From: Camelus dromedarius
Lineage: Eukaryota
Length of the DNA stretch: 64,000 nt
Assembly (NCBI RefSeq): GCF_036321535.1
Contig: NC_087436.1
Span: 58,468,001 to 58,532,000 of the forward strand
Reading direction: 5' to 3'
Positions 26,245-40,181 of this stretch are shown in pieces. The notes beneath the pieces were generated by a model. It searched no databases, was not told the origin of the DNA, and was given only the letters and a program-made list of their open reading frames with translations. A program made the translations under genes and the position numbers. Numbering within the stretch: position 1 is the stretch's first letter; every line of letters begins with the position of its first letter.

Positions 26245-28459
26245 AGGAGGAGATGGACACGTTAATTATGAAATTGTAGAATTAAAAGCATGAATATGGA
26301 GAAAATATTTATTAGTTGGCCACGTGATACAAGTATTAACATTATTTCTCAGTTTGACTAGAAAATACAATAGTTCTCTAGGAATCACTTTTAAAATCTC
26401 GATACTGCATCATAGGAGATTTTTTTGCCTATGTGAAAATTTTGTTCCTTTCTGACATAACTCAAAAGTAGATAAAGTCATTTACAGACAGGGATACAAT
26501 ATTTGGATTTGCATATAGTGTCACCAAATGATGCAAAATCCAGAAAGATTTTATTTGTATTATTTCCTTGAAATCATTTTCATATATTCCAAGAAATTTT
26601 AAAAAATCAAATAGTCTAACTCTGGAAAACTTAAGTTTAAAACTATTACCTCTTGCAGCTGACTGATTGCAGAGTTCTTTGAATAAAACCCAAGTACTAT
26701 GCATTTGTATTTCAAGTGTTTATGGTGGGTTTATCTTTTGTTGCACAGAAACAAAATATTTGAAGACAATATAATTAAAAGATATTTAATATTCTTTGGT
26801 AATACAGACACAAAAGTGAACAAAAGGGTATCTAAAGTATAAAAGCTTACCAAGGGTTTGTATTTATGTACAAGGTGTTATGAGATCCTCAAAAGTATGG
26901 AGAGTACCTTTTTTGTGTACCAGCTCTCCATAAATAGGATGAAAGAAAATATAAATAAATATCCTGAGTCATAAACGAGTGATTGAATAAATAAGCAAAG
27001 AAGCAAAAAATTCAAGCAAAATGGGAGATGCTAATTATTTTCCTATTGTTTCACTTTAAATTTATTTCCAGGACTATTTGCTGTAAGGGGAGCCATTTTG
27101 CTGAGAGATTCCTTTGCAGACTGGGGTTTGAAAATGGACCTCACTACACAATGAATTTGTATTTTGAAAGGTCAAACAGTGAATGGGTAAGCCTAAGAGG
27201 TATCCAGTAGGTAGTAAGTGAGACTACAAACCAAGAACAAGATTATAGAAAGTGAAAAATACCTTGAATATATATATATATAACTATCCCAACATGTTTA
27301 TAATCTAAGTTCCTCTTTTATCCCCCTGTACAATTTCTTATTCCTCTGTTATAATGCTTATTAGTCAAATGAAAAGAAAGCTATAATTCCATTTTTATGA
27401 GCATTAAGACCCAAAGAAAGAGAGTGCTTAGTAGCAACTCTATAAATGAACAAGAACGGACAATATTCCTAGGAAGGGTAGAAAGGAAGAAAAGGGAAAG
27501 CAGGTAGCCAACAGGAGCTGAGAAGGGAGTTTAAACTACTGGAAGCCTGTGTAGTAACAGACACATGGCAACGCTCATCTCTTTGCCTGCTTCCATAGCA
27601 TCTCCTCTTAAGGAGGAATATGGCTTTCTGCCACCATGATTGATGCACAGAATCACAGACGTGTCATAGCATTAAAGAGCTCCATGACTACAAAGACATG
27701 CTGCTTTAAAGTGAACTTTAACTGAGCTTAAATATAGAGCACAGCTGTCAAACTGCACAGGGCTCTCTTCCAATCTATTCATGAAAATGATGTTTTGAAC
27801 TGATTGTAATTTGAAACGATAGGGATGCTGTAACTAGAGGAGATGGGTCAACTCTGTGTCAAAGCTGAAAATCATTAGTTGCCTACTACTAAAAACGTTG
27901 ATTTAATGACCCTATAGAAACAAAGGTGTTGGTTATTTTGAGCATTTAATAAAATAATTACTAAATTTTCGCAGAATCCTTACAATATTATACAATAAAA
28001 ATATCTAATACAACATGATGAGAGAATAAATCAAAAGGTAAAAGAATAGAGAAAACTGCATCTTATAATCAAATGAAAGTTATCAAAATAAAGGTACTAA
28101 CTAGTCTTTATCTTTAGGACCAGGTAAGCTGATTCTCTGTAGCAAACTTTAAGCATTTCATCCACTTCATTTTCAAATAAAAATTTGAGTCACAAAGGAC
28201 AGAAAGATGAGAAGTATAGGCCTTCTGTGAGTTTTCTATGTTCATCTGAGAGAACCATAATATAGCAAAAATATAATGTGTCACGATTTAAGGCAAAATT
28301 TAGTGGTTCTGAGTCTACAGTAGTCTCTTATATGAGCCTGACTGAAAATCAATTTACCAAAATCTTTTCTCATGTGAAAATCTTAATCATCCTGATCCAA
28401 CACAGTGAAAAACTTGATAACTAATATCAGAATAATCTGCCTTCATTGGAAGTCACAAA

Positions 28460-28575
28460 ATGTAGATACATCAACAAAGGAGCACTTTTTTTCTGTCTGT
28501 TAATAACAGAATGTACCCAAGCATTCAGAACACTGCTGTGTACACAGTAGGTACTAAATAAATACGTGATGCATA
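28460..28575 (+). mobile_element. L2 3' terminus
   Basis: cccaagcattcagaacactgctgtgtacacagtaggtactaaataaatac. Confidence 0.65.
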
Positions 28576-29179
28576 AATAATAGATTGTAATACATGTACC
28601 ATTTGTGTAAATTATATTTCTACAAATACTCAAGGTAGATTTTAAGCAGAATGAATATGATATACTCTCCACAATTAGCTGAAGAACTACAAACTAATCA
28701 CATAGCGTTAACTCATTACTAGTTATGTCATTGTATTTCTTGATTTTTTTATAATCTACTTTTATTGCAAATGCCAGGATCAAAAATTGTTCTCAGCTGA
28801 AATCCAACCTCTCTGCAATAAATTAATAAGTTAAAAAGTGAATCCTAAAGGGTAAATACAACATAACCTCTTTAATCCCTCTAATACAAAATAACTCATT
28901 GTCTTTTATATTATCTATTTTACTTGATACTTTCATTGGAAATTGGTTTTATTTCAAGAAAAAAGGAAGCTGGCACTACAGTAATCAAAATTTATTCAAG
29001 ACTGATGCTAACTGATTAGATATGAGGGTGAATTCCGTGTGGAAACAGGAAAAAATGGTGAACAACACAACCTCACCATAGCTCAGTAAACCTTTCCCAT
29101 TCCCAAAGTGGAATCAGTAGTGAAATTATAAATCGTAAGTAAATTACAAATTATAATATATGATTATAAAAATATATGC

Positions 29180-29790
29180 AAAATATAATAATATTGTATG
29201 TATTGACTGTGACAAAAAAAAAATACCTGTATTGATCTCAGCTTGATATTTCTGCATATTACAGGGCATTTGTGAAGAATCAGTACTCCAAGCCACTGCT
29301 GGATGGAGACCTGAGATAGGGTAGTTCTAAAGAGAGCAGGCAGAAGAAATACTTTATATACATGCTGAACCACCACCTCTAGTTGTGGTTAGAAAGAAGA
29401 GAAGCAGATAGACCAACGTGGAGCATGACTGTAAGCATGGTGTGACTCTGTGATCAAAGGAGTCTGGCAGGCTTTGTGACTAAAAAGCAAAGATTCAAGC
29501 AGAGCTGGGTTTTACAAATAGCAGCAGCAGCAGCCATAGAGCAAAGTATAGTTTTAACATGAGTATAATGCAGAAATGACCACTGGCCACTCTGTCCCTT
29601 TTGTCAGTTAGTCTATGTGGATAGTGATTGCTATAGAAGTGGCATTTTTCATGGAAAGGTCAAAGATTTTAATACGACCATCCTTCACTGGGAGAACATG
29701 TGAGGTCAGCTAGGACATATCATCTAATATCTGTGGTTGTAATAATAAATCTACTTAAACTTGACTGAATATAACAGAGTTAGATTTCCA
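29180..29790. mobile_element. Possible very old LTR remnant
   Basis: GC-richer block ending aataaatctacttaaacttgactgaat; family not recognised. Confidence 0.25.
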
Positions 29791-30436
29791 CAGTATATGA
29801 AAGTAGCATATTTTATTTTTGCTTAGTTCAAATAAAATATAAATATCTTAGAATTAAATAATATATGTAAATTACTTAGATCAGTACCTGGTGCATGCAA
29901 GCACCAAATAATTGCTTTTTCCAACTGCTAATAATAAATTAATAAACTTTCCTTGATCCCAAATAATCATGAAGTAAATTATTCTGTCAATTACAGTTAC
30001 ACATAAAGATTAAACATGAGAGAATTAGAGTACAATAAAATGTGTGGAACACTAAAATAATTCTGGCTATGTGAAATTTAAGCTGTCATGGGTAAAGCAG
30101 TACTTATCAGTTGGCCCATATAAGCAGCTTAGTAAGAAAATAGCAATTCTATTTATGGAATTTTGATTTCTATTATTCTCTTGAGAAATGCCTGCCCATC
30201 AGTGGTCTTTCTCTGTTGCACAGTTCCTAAGTTTCAACTCAAAGTGATGAAACAGAAAGAGAGTTTGATTCCTTGATATCAGCCCTGAAGTTGTTATTGT
30301 TCAATTCTCAAAATTCTGGAATAAATTAATAACCACTTACTTAATCGACAGTATACTTTCTATTAGAAGTCCATGTCATATATTAAACTCACAGAAAACA
30401 TGTTTTGTAAAAGCTTCTATGTATGTCTTTATTACT

Positions 30437-30800
30437 TATTCATTCATTCATTCATTCATTCATTCATTTATTCACCCATTGGTTCATTAAATAAATATTT
30501 TTTGAGTGCCTACTACAGTGCCAGACACTATGCAATAAAGCAGGGACACAGCAGTGAGTGAAAACAGGCAGGAATCCTACCCTCAGGGAGCTGACAGTTT
30601 CAAAAGTAAGATTTTCTTCAAATAATCATAAAAAATATAAATGACAACAATAATAAGTGCTAGGAAAGAGTGCTACATTGTGCTACAACATTATCTGATA
30701 AAAAGGAGCTCACCTAGGATACAGTGGGGGAAAAAAAGCTTTTTTGTGAAGTTAATGATTGCCTATAGGCAAAGAGGAAGAGTTCTTTTTAAGCAGAGAT
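30437..30800 (-). mobile_element. L2 3' end with (TTCA)n tail
   Basis: (ttca)n followed by aaatattttttgagtgcctactacagtgccagacact. Confidence 0.8.
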
Positions 30801-31848
30801 GACTTGTTTGCAGACTTTGGAACAAGAGCACACAATGCTCCAGGAGCTTCAACTTTCTCGCATAAGGTAGACTGAGTCCCTAAATTAAGCAGAACATGAT
30901 GCAGATAAGGGGCAGGAGCTTGGCCAAAATTTTCCCTCCCCCAGTCAATCTCCTTGTCCTGAACAACTGCAAGACCTCAGAATTCTGTGATGACTGAATA
31001 ATTCCTGCATATTGAACTGCAATGTTGCAGAATCTAGCTGATGACATTGATAATAAAGGGGCAACAGGCTAATTAGGAAAGAGTCAGCTTTTAGTGACAG
31101 GCAAATATCACAGCAATTAGCATTAGGACAGATTTATATATACATATATCCATCAATTTAAGAGTTTCTCAATTCTGTAAAAATCCTGCAAATGTTCTGT
31201 TTACAAAGTATACTGAAGTTTGCTCTGGGAATCATTCTATTTCTTAGTCTATTCACACTTTCCAATATATTCAGAGATTTGTGTCCAGTCAATGTTGTGG
31301 TTCAACCCAGAGTAGGTTAAAATTCTGAGACTAGAATTACACACATCATTAAACTTGAGATCATAACTTTTTAGTATCAAAACCAAGTAAAACAAAAAAG
31401 AGGCAGAACAAGAACAATAATAAAATAGTCAGATGTTATTATTGCCCAGGGCAATCTTTATTGGTTTATACAATTCGAACTATTCTCATTCTTATTTCTA
31501 ACAGGATATGATTTGTTTAACTAGGTTGCAAATTAAAAGTTATTAGACATGTTCTAAAAAGATAGCAGAGTAATGTCTAGGCACCTAACTGATCAGAAAA
31601 ACATTTGAAAGGACAGTAAGGATGCTTTATTATCACATGTAGAATAAACCTCAGACCCCAAACTGCTTTGTTGACATGAAGTACATATTACGGTTGATTG
31701 CTGTTTAAATTTATATGTTTTCTCCCTTAATGGTATTTGTTGGACATAAAAGAAAAATCATTCATCTCTCTTCCAAGTTCTATACTGGCTAGTGCAAATA
31801 TAGAAAGCCTACAAACATATTAGATTTCTTCTCCCTTAAATAAATCAT

Positions 31849-32396
31849 ATATACCAAAAGAACTGAAAGCAAAGACTCAAACAGATATTTTTATAACCAT
31901 GTTCACAGAAGCATAAATCACTATAGCCAAACGGTGGAAATAATTCAAGCTTCCATTGACAGATGAATGATAAACAAAATGTGGTTTGAATGAAATACTA
32001 GTTTGAATGAAATACTAGTCAGCCTTAAAAATTCCGATGCATGCTACAGCATGGACAAATCTTGAAGACATGTACTAAGTAAATAACCCAGTCACAAAGA
32101 AGCAAAAACAGTATGATTCCACCTACATGAGGTATTTAGCATGGCCAAATTCATAGAAACGGAAAGTAGAATGGTGGTTGGCAGGGCCTGGGAGAGGAAG
32201 AAGATAGGGAGTTATTGTTTAATAATTACAGAGGTATAGTTTCTTAAGATGAAAAAATTCTGGAGATTGATGATGGTGATGGTCGCACAAAAATGTGAAT
32301 GTATTTATTGCCACTCAACTGTCCACTTAAAAAAAAATGTTCAAAATGGTAACTTTTATGATTTTATATATATATATTTTTTTTTCTATCACAATT
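31849..32396 (+). mobile_element. L1MB-like 3' fragment
   Basis: aaaagaactgaaagcaaagactcaaacagata and caaattcatagaaacggaaagtagaatggtggttg; contains a 17-bp tandem duplication at 31984-32017. Confidence 0.85.
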
Positions 32397-32409
32397 AAGG
32401 AAATAACTT

Positions 32410-33880
32410 CTCCTGGCTCTATAATCACTTCCAGCTCCACCCCATTTTTTCTATATAACACATCTTTCCAATAATTTAATTGTCCTTACTATTTCCAATT
32501 TCCTTACTGTCATTGTCTCTTAAACCTACTCAGTCAGACTTCTAATCACCACACTTTACCAAAACTTTTATTCTCAAGGTCATCAGGACTTCCATATTGC
32601 TAGAAGTAATGATCCCTTTATCAGTTTTCATCATACTTTACCTTTAACTTGACTACATATTCCAGATTGCCTGGAACAGGAGTGGTTTGTCTATTGTTCA
32701 CATGTAATTAAGGGTGTTCCCTTTCACTTTCAGAAGTGTATCAGACAGGATGATAAAACTTTTTGTGAGCCAAACTATCAGTATATAGTTGCTCACTTCT
32801 TCCTCATGTAAACACTTTATTTACTTGGCTTCTAAGGCATGGCACTCTCCTGGTTTTTCTTTAATTAACAGTATACTCTTTTGCTGGTTCCTCCTTATCC
32901 TGATGATTTCTTAATTTGAACCATCCCAGAGGTTGTTTCAACCAATCCTTTGACAGTCTCACCTAGTCTGACTTGAAAAACAGCTGAACTTTGATGACTC
33001 CCAAATTCATGACTTCAGGGTGGATAGCTCTCCCTATCACAAATTCATAAAGATAACTCCTCCTTCTTATCTAAATTTGGATGTCCAATGGGTATCTCAA
33101 ACTCAGTTGGTCTAAATATGAGCTCCTCATGCTGCCCGCTGTCTTCTTCATCTCCATTCTTCTAGTTTCTCAGCCCAAAACTGTGCATGTTTTTCTTCGC
33201 AATCCTGTTATCAGCACATTCTATAGATTCTACCTTCAAAATATACCCACAGTCCAACCATGATTTCCAACACCGACTGCCACCACCCTGATTTGGGCCA
33301 TTACCCTCTCCTCTGACATTACTGAAGTAGATGTTTTGATCATTCCTGCCCATCATTCCTCCTTTAGGCGGTCCAGTGCAGTCTCTTCTTAACACAGAAG
33401 CCAGAGGGATCTGATTAAAGTATTTATTATAATAAGCCATGTCTCTACTGACAAGTTCTCATTTCCTTCCCATTTTTCTCAGCATAAGAGTCAAAATTCT
33501 TACAATAGCCAATATGGCTCTATGTAATCTGACCTCTCCTTACCTCTTGGAATTCACATCCTACTACTTCACCTCTTCCTCTCTAATCCAGTCCACATTC
33601 ACCTTTTACTGTTCCCAGAACATGGCAAGTATGCTGCTACCTTGGGGTTTCTGTGCATTCTGTGGTTTTTGCAATACGCCCCTTACCTTAAGCCTTTTAC
33701 TACTTAATTTTTCTGCAGCACTTATCACAATCTAATCTATATTTTATTTATTTTTATTGCATCAATCATCCCACTGTAATATAAGCTCATTGTTTCCATG
33801 TGATCAAGCATTTGTCTGTTGTATTCATATCCTCATTGCCTCAGTGCATTTAACATTCGATTATATCTGTTGAGTGAACA
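32410..33880 (+). mobile_element. L2a-like fragment
   Basis: ctcaaggtcatcaggacttccatattgcta; ggatgtccaatgggtatctcaaactca; terminal gatatatc-like ttatatctgttgagtgaa. Confidence 0.7.
32648..32772. mobile_element. MER81-like hAT MITE inserted in L2
   Basis: ccagattgcctggaacag...gtaattaagggtgttccctttcactttcagaagtgt resembles MER81. Confidence 0.55.
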
Positions 33881-34059
33881 TAGACTGAAGAGTTATACGA
33901 ATAAGAATAGTAGCAATAGCTGCTTGTTGATTAAGATCCAGGGATGATTACTTTTTATTAAAAGTCTACTTTTGCTAAGCACTCTACAGGAAATATAAAG
34001 AAGAACAAGCCAAGGACCTTCAGTGAATTCATATTCTACTGGAGATGCAAACAAATTAA

Positions 34060-34895
34060 CTGTTATACTTTCACCCAGGTTTTCTCCATTATTAAATAGC
34101 ATCATCATTTACACAGTTGCTCATGTCAAAAGTTTAGTAATTATTCTTAATTTCTCTTATACGTTGGACTCCACATACAATCCATCAATTATTTCTATTT
34201 AATACACCTTCAAAGTACATCCTGAATTTAATCACTCCTCATCACCTCCCAGCTATTATCATGGTACAAATTGCAATTATTTCAACTGGGGTTTTTAGTA
34301 GCCTCTTAACTGTTCTCTCAGCTTAGCCTCCTTCCAATTTCAAGCAGCCAGAGCAATCCTGAAACTGACAATCTGCCACTTCCTACAGAACACCTTCCAA
34401 AGTTCTCCCATCTAACTTGGAATGAAATCCAGTCTCCTTTCCCATGCCTATCATACCCAACTCTCTCAATAATCATCTTTTACAAATTTTTCACTCCTTT
34501 TCTCTTTACAGGCACCCTGGTCTTCTTGCAGTTCCTACAACATGGACTCATTCCTCCCTTAGGACCTTTATGCTTGCTCTTTGTCAGCCTCCTTCTTCTG
34601 ATCTTTGCTCCCTCACATTATGCAGGTCTCAACTGAACGCTGCTTCTTCAGTGAGTGCCCACATGACCTCTTTTCCTAAAATCATCCTTTGCTCTACGTC
34701 TTCTAACTGACCCATTCCTTGATTATTTCATAAAAATTACCATTATGTGAAATTAGATTATCAGTTCCTTTATTGTCTTCTAGAATGTAAACTTCATACC
34801 AAGGAATTCATGTACTTACTGCTATAGCCTGAGAATTAGAATAGTGAGTGTTGCATTGAAGGTACTCAATAAATATTTCTTGACTAAATAAAGAA
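34060..34895 (+). mobile_element. L2 3' fragment
   Basis: aagcagccagagcaatcct and terminal ggtactcaataaatatttcttgactaaat. Confidence 0.7.
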
Positions 34896-35289
34896 GTACA
34901 ATGCAGTAAGTGCTTTAACAGAAGAACTTATTTAATAATTGCTATTGAATACTTACTATGTACCAGAGACTTTTTTCAGAGACTGTGTTTACAAAAGGAA
35001 TAAAACATAACTGTCCTTAGGAAAAGCATAGTCTATTTCGGTTGTCAGACGTATAAGGAACTGCTGGTAAAATATGCCATAATAAAAAAGTTTAAAATGC
35101 TGTTAAAATGAATAAAAGGAAATGTTTCTGCTGAGACAGTCAGGAATGATTTACAAGAGAAGTGGACTTTTGTATTGTTCACTGAAGGAATTTACAATAC
35201 AGGGAAGAGTATTCCATGTTATGGAAGCCAGACAGCAAAGTACAAACAAAACAAATATATTATTACAAACAGGTAAGTGGTGTAGTGAT

Positions 35290-35510
35290 TTCTCTTAATC
35301 TAATCAGATAATACTTTTCTTTTCTTTCTTTTTTTTTTTTTTGTGAGCAGAAGAGAATTTAGTGAAAGGATATGGAGACAATCATAGGATTTCTGGGAAC
35401 ACTGACAGAGTAGCCTCTGAAAATGGGTTGGAACAGGAAGGCTCTGTGGCTAGAGCCCAAATCATGCTGCAGAAACTGCGACCACCACCAAGGACTCTGG
35501 AGACACAGAC
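35290..35510 (-). mobile_element. Old ERVL LTR fragment (LTR33-like)
   Basis: gagcagaagagaatttagtgaaaggatatgg...cccaaatcatgctgcagaaactg resembles the recalled consensus. Confidence 0.35.
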
Positions 35511-36179
35511 AATACATTTTTCAAGCTGTCAGGTCCTCAAATGGTCAATACGAATTAGTACTCACCATAATCATGATAATTTTCCCAATATAATTGAAGT
35601 TTCTTCTGATTATTTCGCACATACAAATGACATATATACATATATGTACTTTTTAAAAAAGTTTCTTTATCTTTTCATATTTCTTTAATGAAAAATTTAC
35701 TTAACACAATCGGTTTTTATCATCTATGACACTTTTTGAATAGCCACAGAGGTATTGTGCCACACAGTCACTTGTAATCCTTCACTTGTAATCCTTCCAG
35801 AGACTTAATGTTGTAATCTTCAATTTCCTAGAAAAGAGTTGAATTCCTTTTTTACAGAATCCTTTAGAATTCCACCACCACTTTCAGGCATCAAGCTGAA
35901 AGAAGAATTATCATTCTATACCATACCTGTTTTCATTTAATGTTGACTGAAGTATCTTTACCGCTATAAGTGTCTTTACTTTCTATAATTCTTTACCTCC
36001 ACACTTTAAAAAGACATTTCAGTAAAAACTTGTAACATTCTTAATTTACTGACATGACATTGTTCCTTTGTGACCAATACTCACTTAGAAATACGTATCA
36101 ATATAGAACTCTGCTGAGAATTAAAGATAGACATTACACTAGAATATATTTAATGAGTGACTACCAGGTACTCCTCACC

Positions 36180-36218
<39 letters not shown>

Positions 36219-36281
36219 TACTACTACTACTACTACTACTACTATTACTATTATTATTACCACCACCACCATCATCATCAT
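36180..36281. repeat. Compound trinucleotide microsatellite (TAT/TAC)n-(CAC)n-(CAT)n
   Basis: Read directly from the sequence. Confidence 0.95.
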
Positions 36282-39200
36282 GTTTTTCTGGTGTAATCAG
36301 TATTTTGGTATAACATAAATATACTTTTATTCCCCCTTTCTCTAATATAAATATCCATATTGGGGAAAAGCCTTAATATAACTGGCTCTACTATATGCAT
36401 CTATATTTTTGCCATGCTCAAATGAAATTTTTAGTTTTTTCTACTTTAATGACAAAATAATTTCCAGGCAAAAAATAAAGAAAGAAATATAGGGCATAAC
36501 TTTAATGAACCTCGGATGCTAGCAAGCATGATTATTTCAAGAACCTGTCTGTTTACTCTTAAAATTTTTCTCAAACCACTTGCCAAATTTTCATGTTCTA
36601 CCATTAACCATATCAGAAAGAGTTGTGCTTTTCAGGTTAGCTGATGCTGAAGCTTACTAGAGACGATAATTATCCCAATTGCTACAAAAACATAATAAAG
36701 AAAAATACTCCTTACTAACTTCCTTTGAAATGGGACAACAGTATTATTTAATAGGTTTAGGAAAGCCAAATACAGTGGACTAGTCTCTTCCTGGGCAATC
36801 TCAACACATTTCTGCAAAGAGTCCACCATTTTCTTCTCATTCTACGTGCTGCCTGCTTACCAACACTACCCTGAATCCTAAACTTACTTACATAGCACAC
36901 AGTCCTGACCTGTAACCCTCTCTGTTCTTTCATCACACAGAGGCCCCTATGAATTTAGTTTTTTCTTCAGTTCTGCTATTTGTTCCTCTTAGACTCTCAT
37001 CTCACAGAATGAAACTTTCACAGTCACTCTAATGCATATCTCTATGATTTTGCTACATTTTTTCAAATACAAAAAATATCCTTTTCTCCTCTACTCCGAC
37101 TATTCAAATTTTACCATTCAACACAATTATTATTCCAATTTTTATAAAAATCTTTATTAACATTGAATTCTGACATGATTTTTCCATCCTATAAAATCAT
37201 ATTTTAATTATGGTCCACTTAATAGGGTTCACTGTTACCAGGTACTACACATTTCAGGTCCTGAGCTGATATATAAACCTTTTATTGATATTTTCATATT
37301 TTTATTTCTTGTATCATCGACTAGACTACTATTGTCTTGAGATCAGGGAAAATGGCTCACACTCCTTGAACTTCTACAGTTCACAGCACAATATTTTCTA
37401 CCTTATTGAGTTCAAGACATACTCATGCTTATTATGGAGTATCCCTGGTAGAGCTTCTTCATCATTTTATGAAGTACTTAAAACCTCCTTACAGCTTTAT
37501 CCTATCTTTATAATGTAAGAAAAATAATTCCTAGCATTAACTCATATCTACAAGTGTCATAAGAAAAGTAAAAACATACAGTACTAAGAATGTTCAAAGG
37601 AACAGAAGTTGTGCTGCTCTGGGATTGGGCATCATCCCAGAGGGGCTTCTTGAAAGTGTATTGAATTGAGAAATACAGAGATAATGATCTGGGAAATAAA
37701 CTTGTGATATGCTATCAGATTCTTCAAAGAACACCAAGAATTCTTTTAAATAAGTCTCACAAAAATTGATAATGAGATCAAGGAATTTGAAGGGGGCCAT
37801 AAATCCTAATCTAACATGAGAAGATTTGTTGGTTCTCTCTTTGAGATGAAGTAGACTAATCTGATGTACAATTAAGTTTCCAATACCAAGATGTTACAAT
37901 CTTAATTACTTAATTATGTCAAAATGACCTTAGTAAATTTATTTTGCTGAGATTCAGAAAGCAGAAACTCCACCTTATTTAAAATTATGATCTCTGAAAT
38001 TCAAGTGAATTTTTGTTTAAGAAAATAGTACATGCTTACAATAAAGAGTATATGAAGTATTACCACTTTATTGTCACATTCTCAGCTGCTAGATAGCATG
38101 TACATAATGAATGCAAGGACTTCTGGGTTTCTAGAGGAGAAAGTGTTTAAATAAATTTATGGTCAAGGTATCCACATTTCAAGGGACTCGTTTTAAAATC
38201 ACCTGTAATAAGGAGATTCACTTCATTACCTTTACTTTTGAAAATCACCTGGCATTAGATCACTGCTATTATCTGCAAAATAATAGTCATACAATATCTG
38301 CAAAATATTTGCCTTATCTTCAAAACAATGCTGCTTAATAGATTTCCAAGAATTTGGGGGTGAGGGGAATAACACGTATCTTTGTATCAAAAAGTAATTC
38401 ACTCTTAAAAAGTACTTATATGATAACTATACCATTGATGTTCCAGACCAGCCTTCTTACTTAAAACACTCCTTCTAATGCATGAAGTAGATGCACGTGT
38501 GTATGCTATATTCCGTAAGACTATCCAGAAAAATCAAATAAACTTTTGTGTTAACTTTTTTTTTTATTTAACCATTTGATTTTAGTGTAGCAACAGCTTT
38601 ACCTAAGGTAGAAAACATCTGCAGAAAATCTTCCAGAAAATTTGATTTAACCTCTAATAATTGTGGAATGTTTGATATTAGTTTTAATTAATGATAATTT
38701 TAATAAAGCTTTTAGCTTACACATAATTTCTAAACTAATGTAAGCAGACAAAGTTATTCTTTCTAACATTAATTGAATTTATAAAGTAGAAATGGAAATT
38801 TTCTTAACTGTAACAGAAATACATTTTTAGAATATTTTAAATGCTTGCTCACTCTGTAGTAAAAGTATGATCATTTGGTTCTTAACTAAATTAGTTTTCA
38901 AAAAAGAAACACTGACTATTTAATTCATAATTTGTTCAGAAGACAATTTCCAAAGGAATTAACAAGAAAAGGTACATATATATTAATAAGCTATTCTGCT
39001 TAGAAGTCACATAAAAGAGAAAAAACTGTACTATGATGTAAGAATGAAGTAAATTCAAAATTTAATCTAAAGAAAGAGTCTATGCCTACATCTAGAAACA
39101 AAACTATCAGGCTGCTGCATATGGCTTCTGTTTTATTTGTCTTTATTGTCATATTAAACACAATCTCAAATATATGTAAGCAAACATTTAGTTCTTAGGA

Positions 39201-40181
39201 TAAAACTTTAAAAGTGTAGCAGGAAGAAATTTTAAATACTGATGACAGTATGGACTCACAGTATTTCCACTGTGACTAGTTATTGGACCCCAATCTACTA
39301 GACTAGTTTGCAGAACTGGGCAACGAGACAGTGTAGGCTGCTGGCATGTATTGTTCACTGAAGCTTGAAATGACATATACCTCAGAGAGGGTACTAAGGA
39401 GCTTGCAAAATTTTGGTACTAGAGGGAGAAGGCATGATGAGATGGTGCCAGTGTGACACTGTCTTTGTACCTTGTAATCATTTTTCTTGTAGAACACTAT
39501 GAAGCTAGAACTTCCCGTAAGCTGACATTCTCACCATTGCCCTCATGTTTCCTGTGCAAACCCTTTTTGTGAGCACATCGAAATCAAGATCCTTGTCTTA
39601 TTCCTAGTTCTTCTCACACACCAGCTAGACACAGAGCTCGGAGCATACTTTAAGTATTCAACAAATGTTGAATTGCACTGCTGGGAGAATGAGCCCATTG
39701 GTACCACATACCACTTACCAGATAATTTAGCCAATATTCACTTCATTTCCTGTCACACAATAGTTGGCCACCCCTGAACTGTATTACCTGTTTCTATTAT
39801 AGAAAAATTCAATTGCTGCCAAATTATTGTCAATTAAAGTATACTTCTGAAATTACATCACTAGACATTCCTGAATGCATTCCTACTGTCCTTCCTTCCC
39901 CAGTGTAATTCAATTAACCATCACTCCTCTAGAGAGAAGGCTCTTCTGGGACTGGTGGACAGGGCTGAAGCATCAGAGATACACCGACATTTCTATTGTC
40001 ATTCAGAAGAATAGTATACAAGTCTTTTACATAATGAAATAATGGAGACCAGAGCTGGAAACTCGGTGTATGGAACAGAGTATGAATGAATTGTTGGGAA
40101 AAAAGGGAGTTCTGAGGGGTTTGAGTAATACTGTGAGGTCCTCATGAAATAAGAAGAATATTAATTTAAGAAACACTCACT

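Noticed and set aside
26650..26676. Minus-strand 27-nt exon (NSAISQLQE)
   Set aside because: Weak AAG acceptor with a short pyrimidine tract; peptide not recognised.
36054..36296. Poly-Tyr/poly-His protein
   Set aside because: It is a translation of a trinucleotide microsatellite.
37617..37642. 9-bp hairpin ctctgggat/atcccagag
   Set aside because: Isolated short stem, within chance expectation and without supporting context.
39250..39362. Minus-strand exon ending at act|gtgagt
   Set aside because: Good donor but poor acceptor and no recognisable protein.
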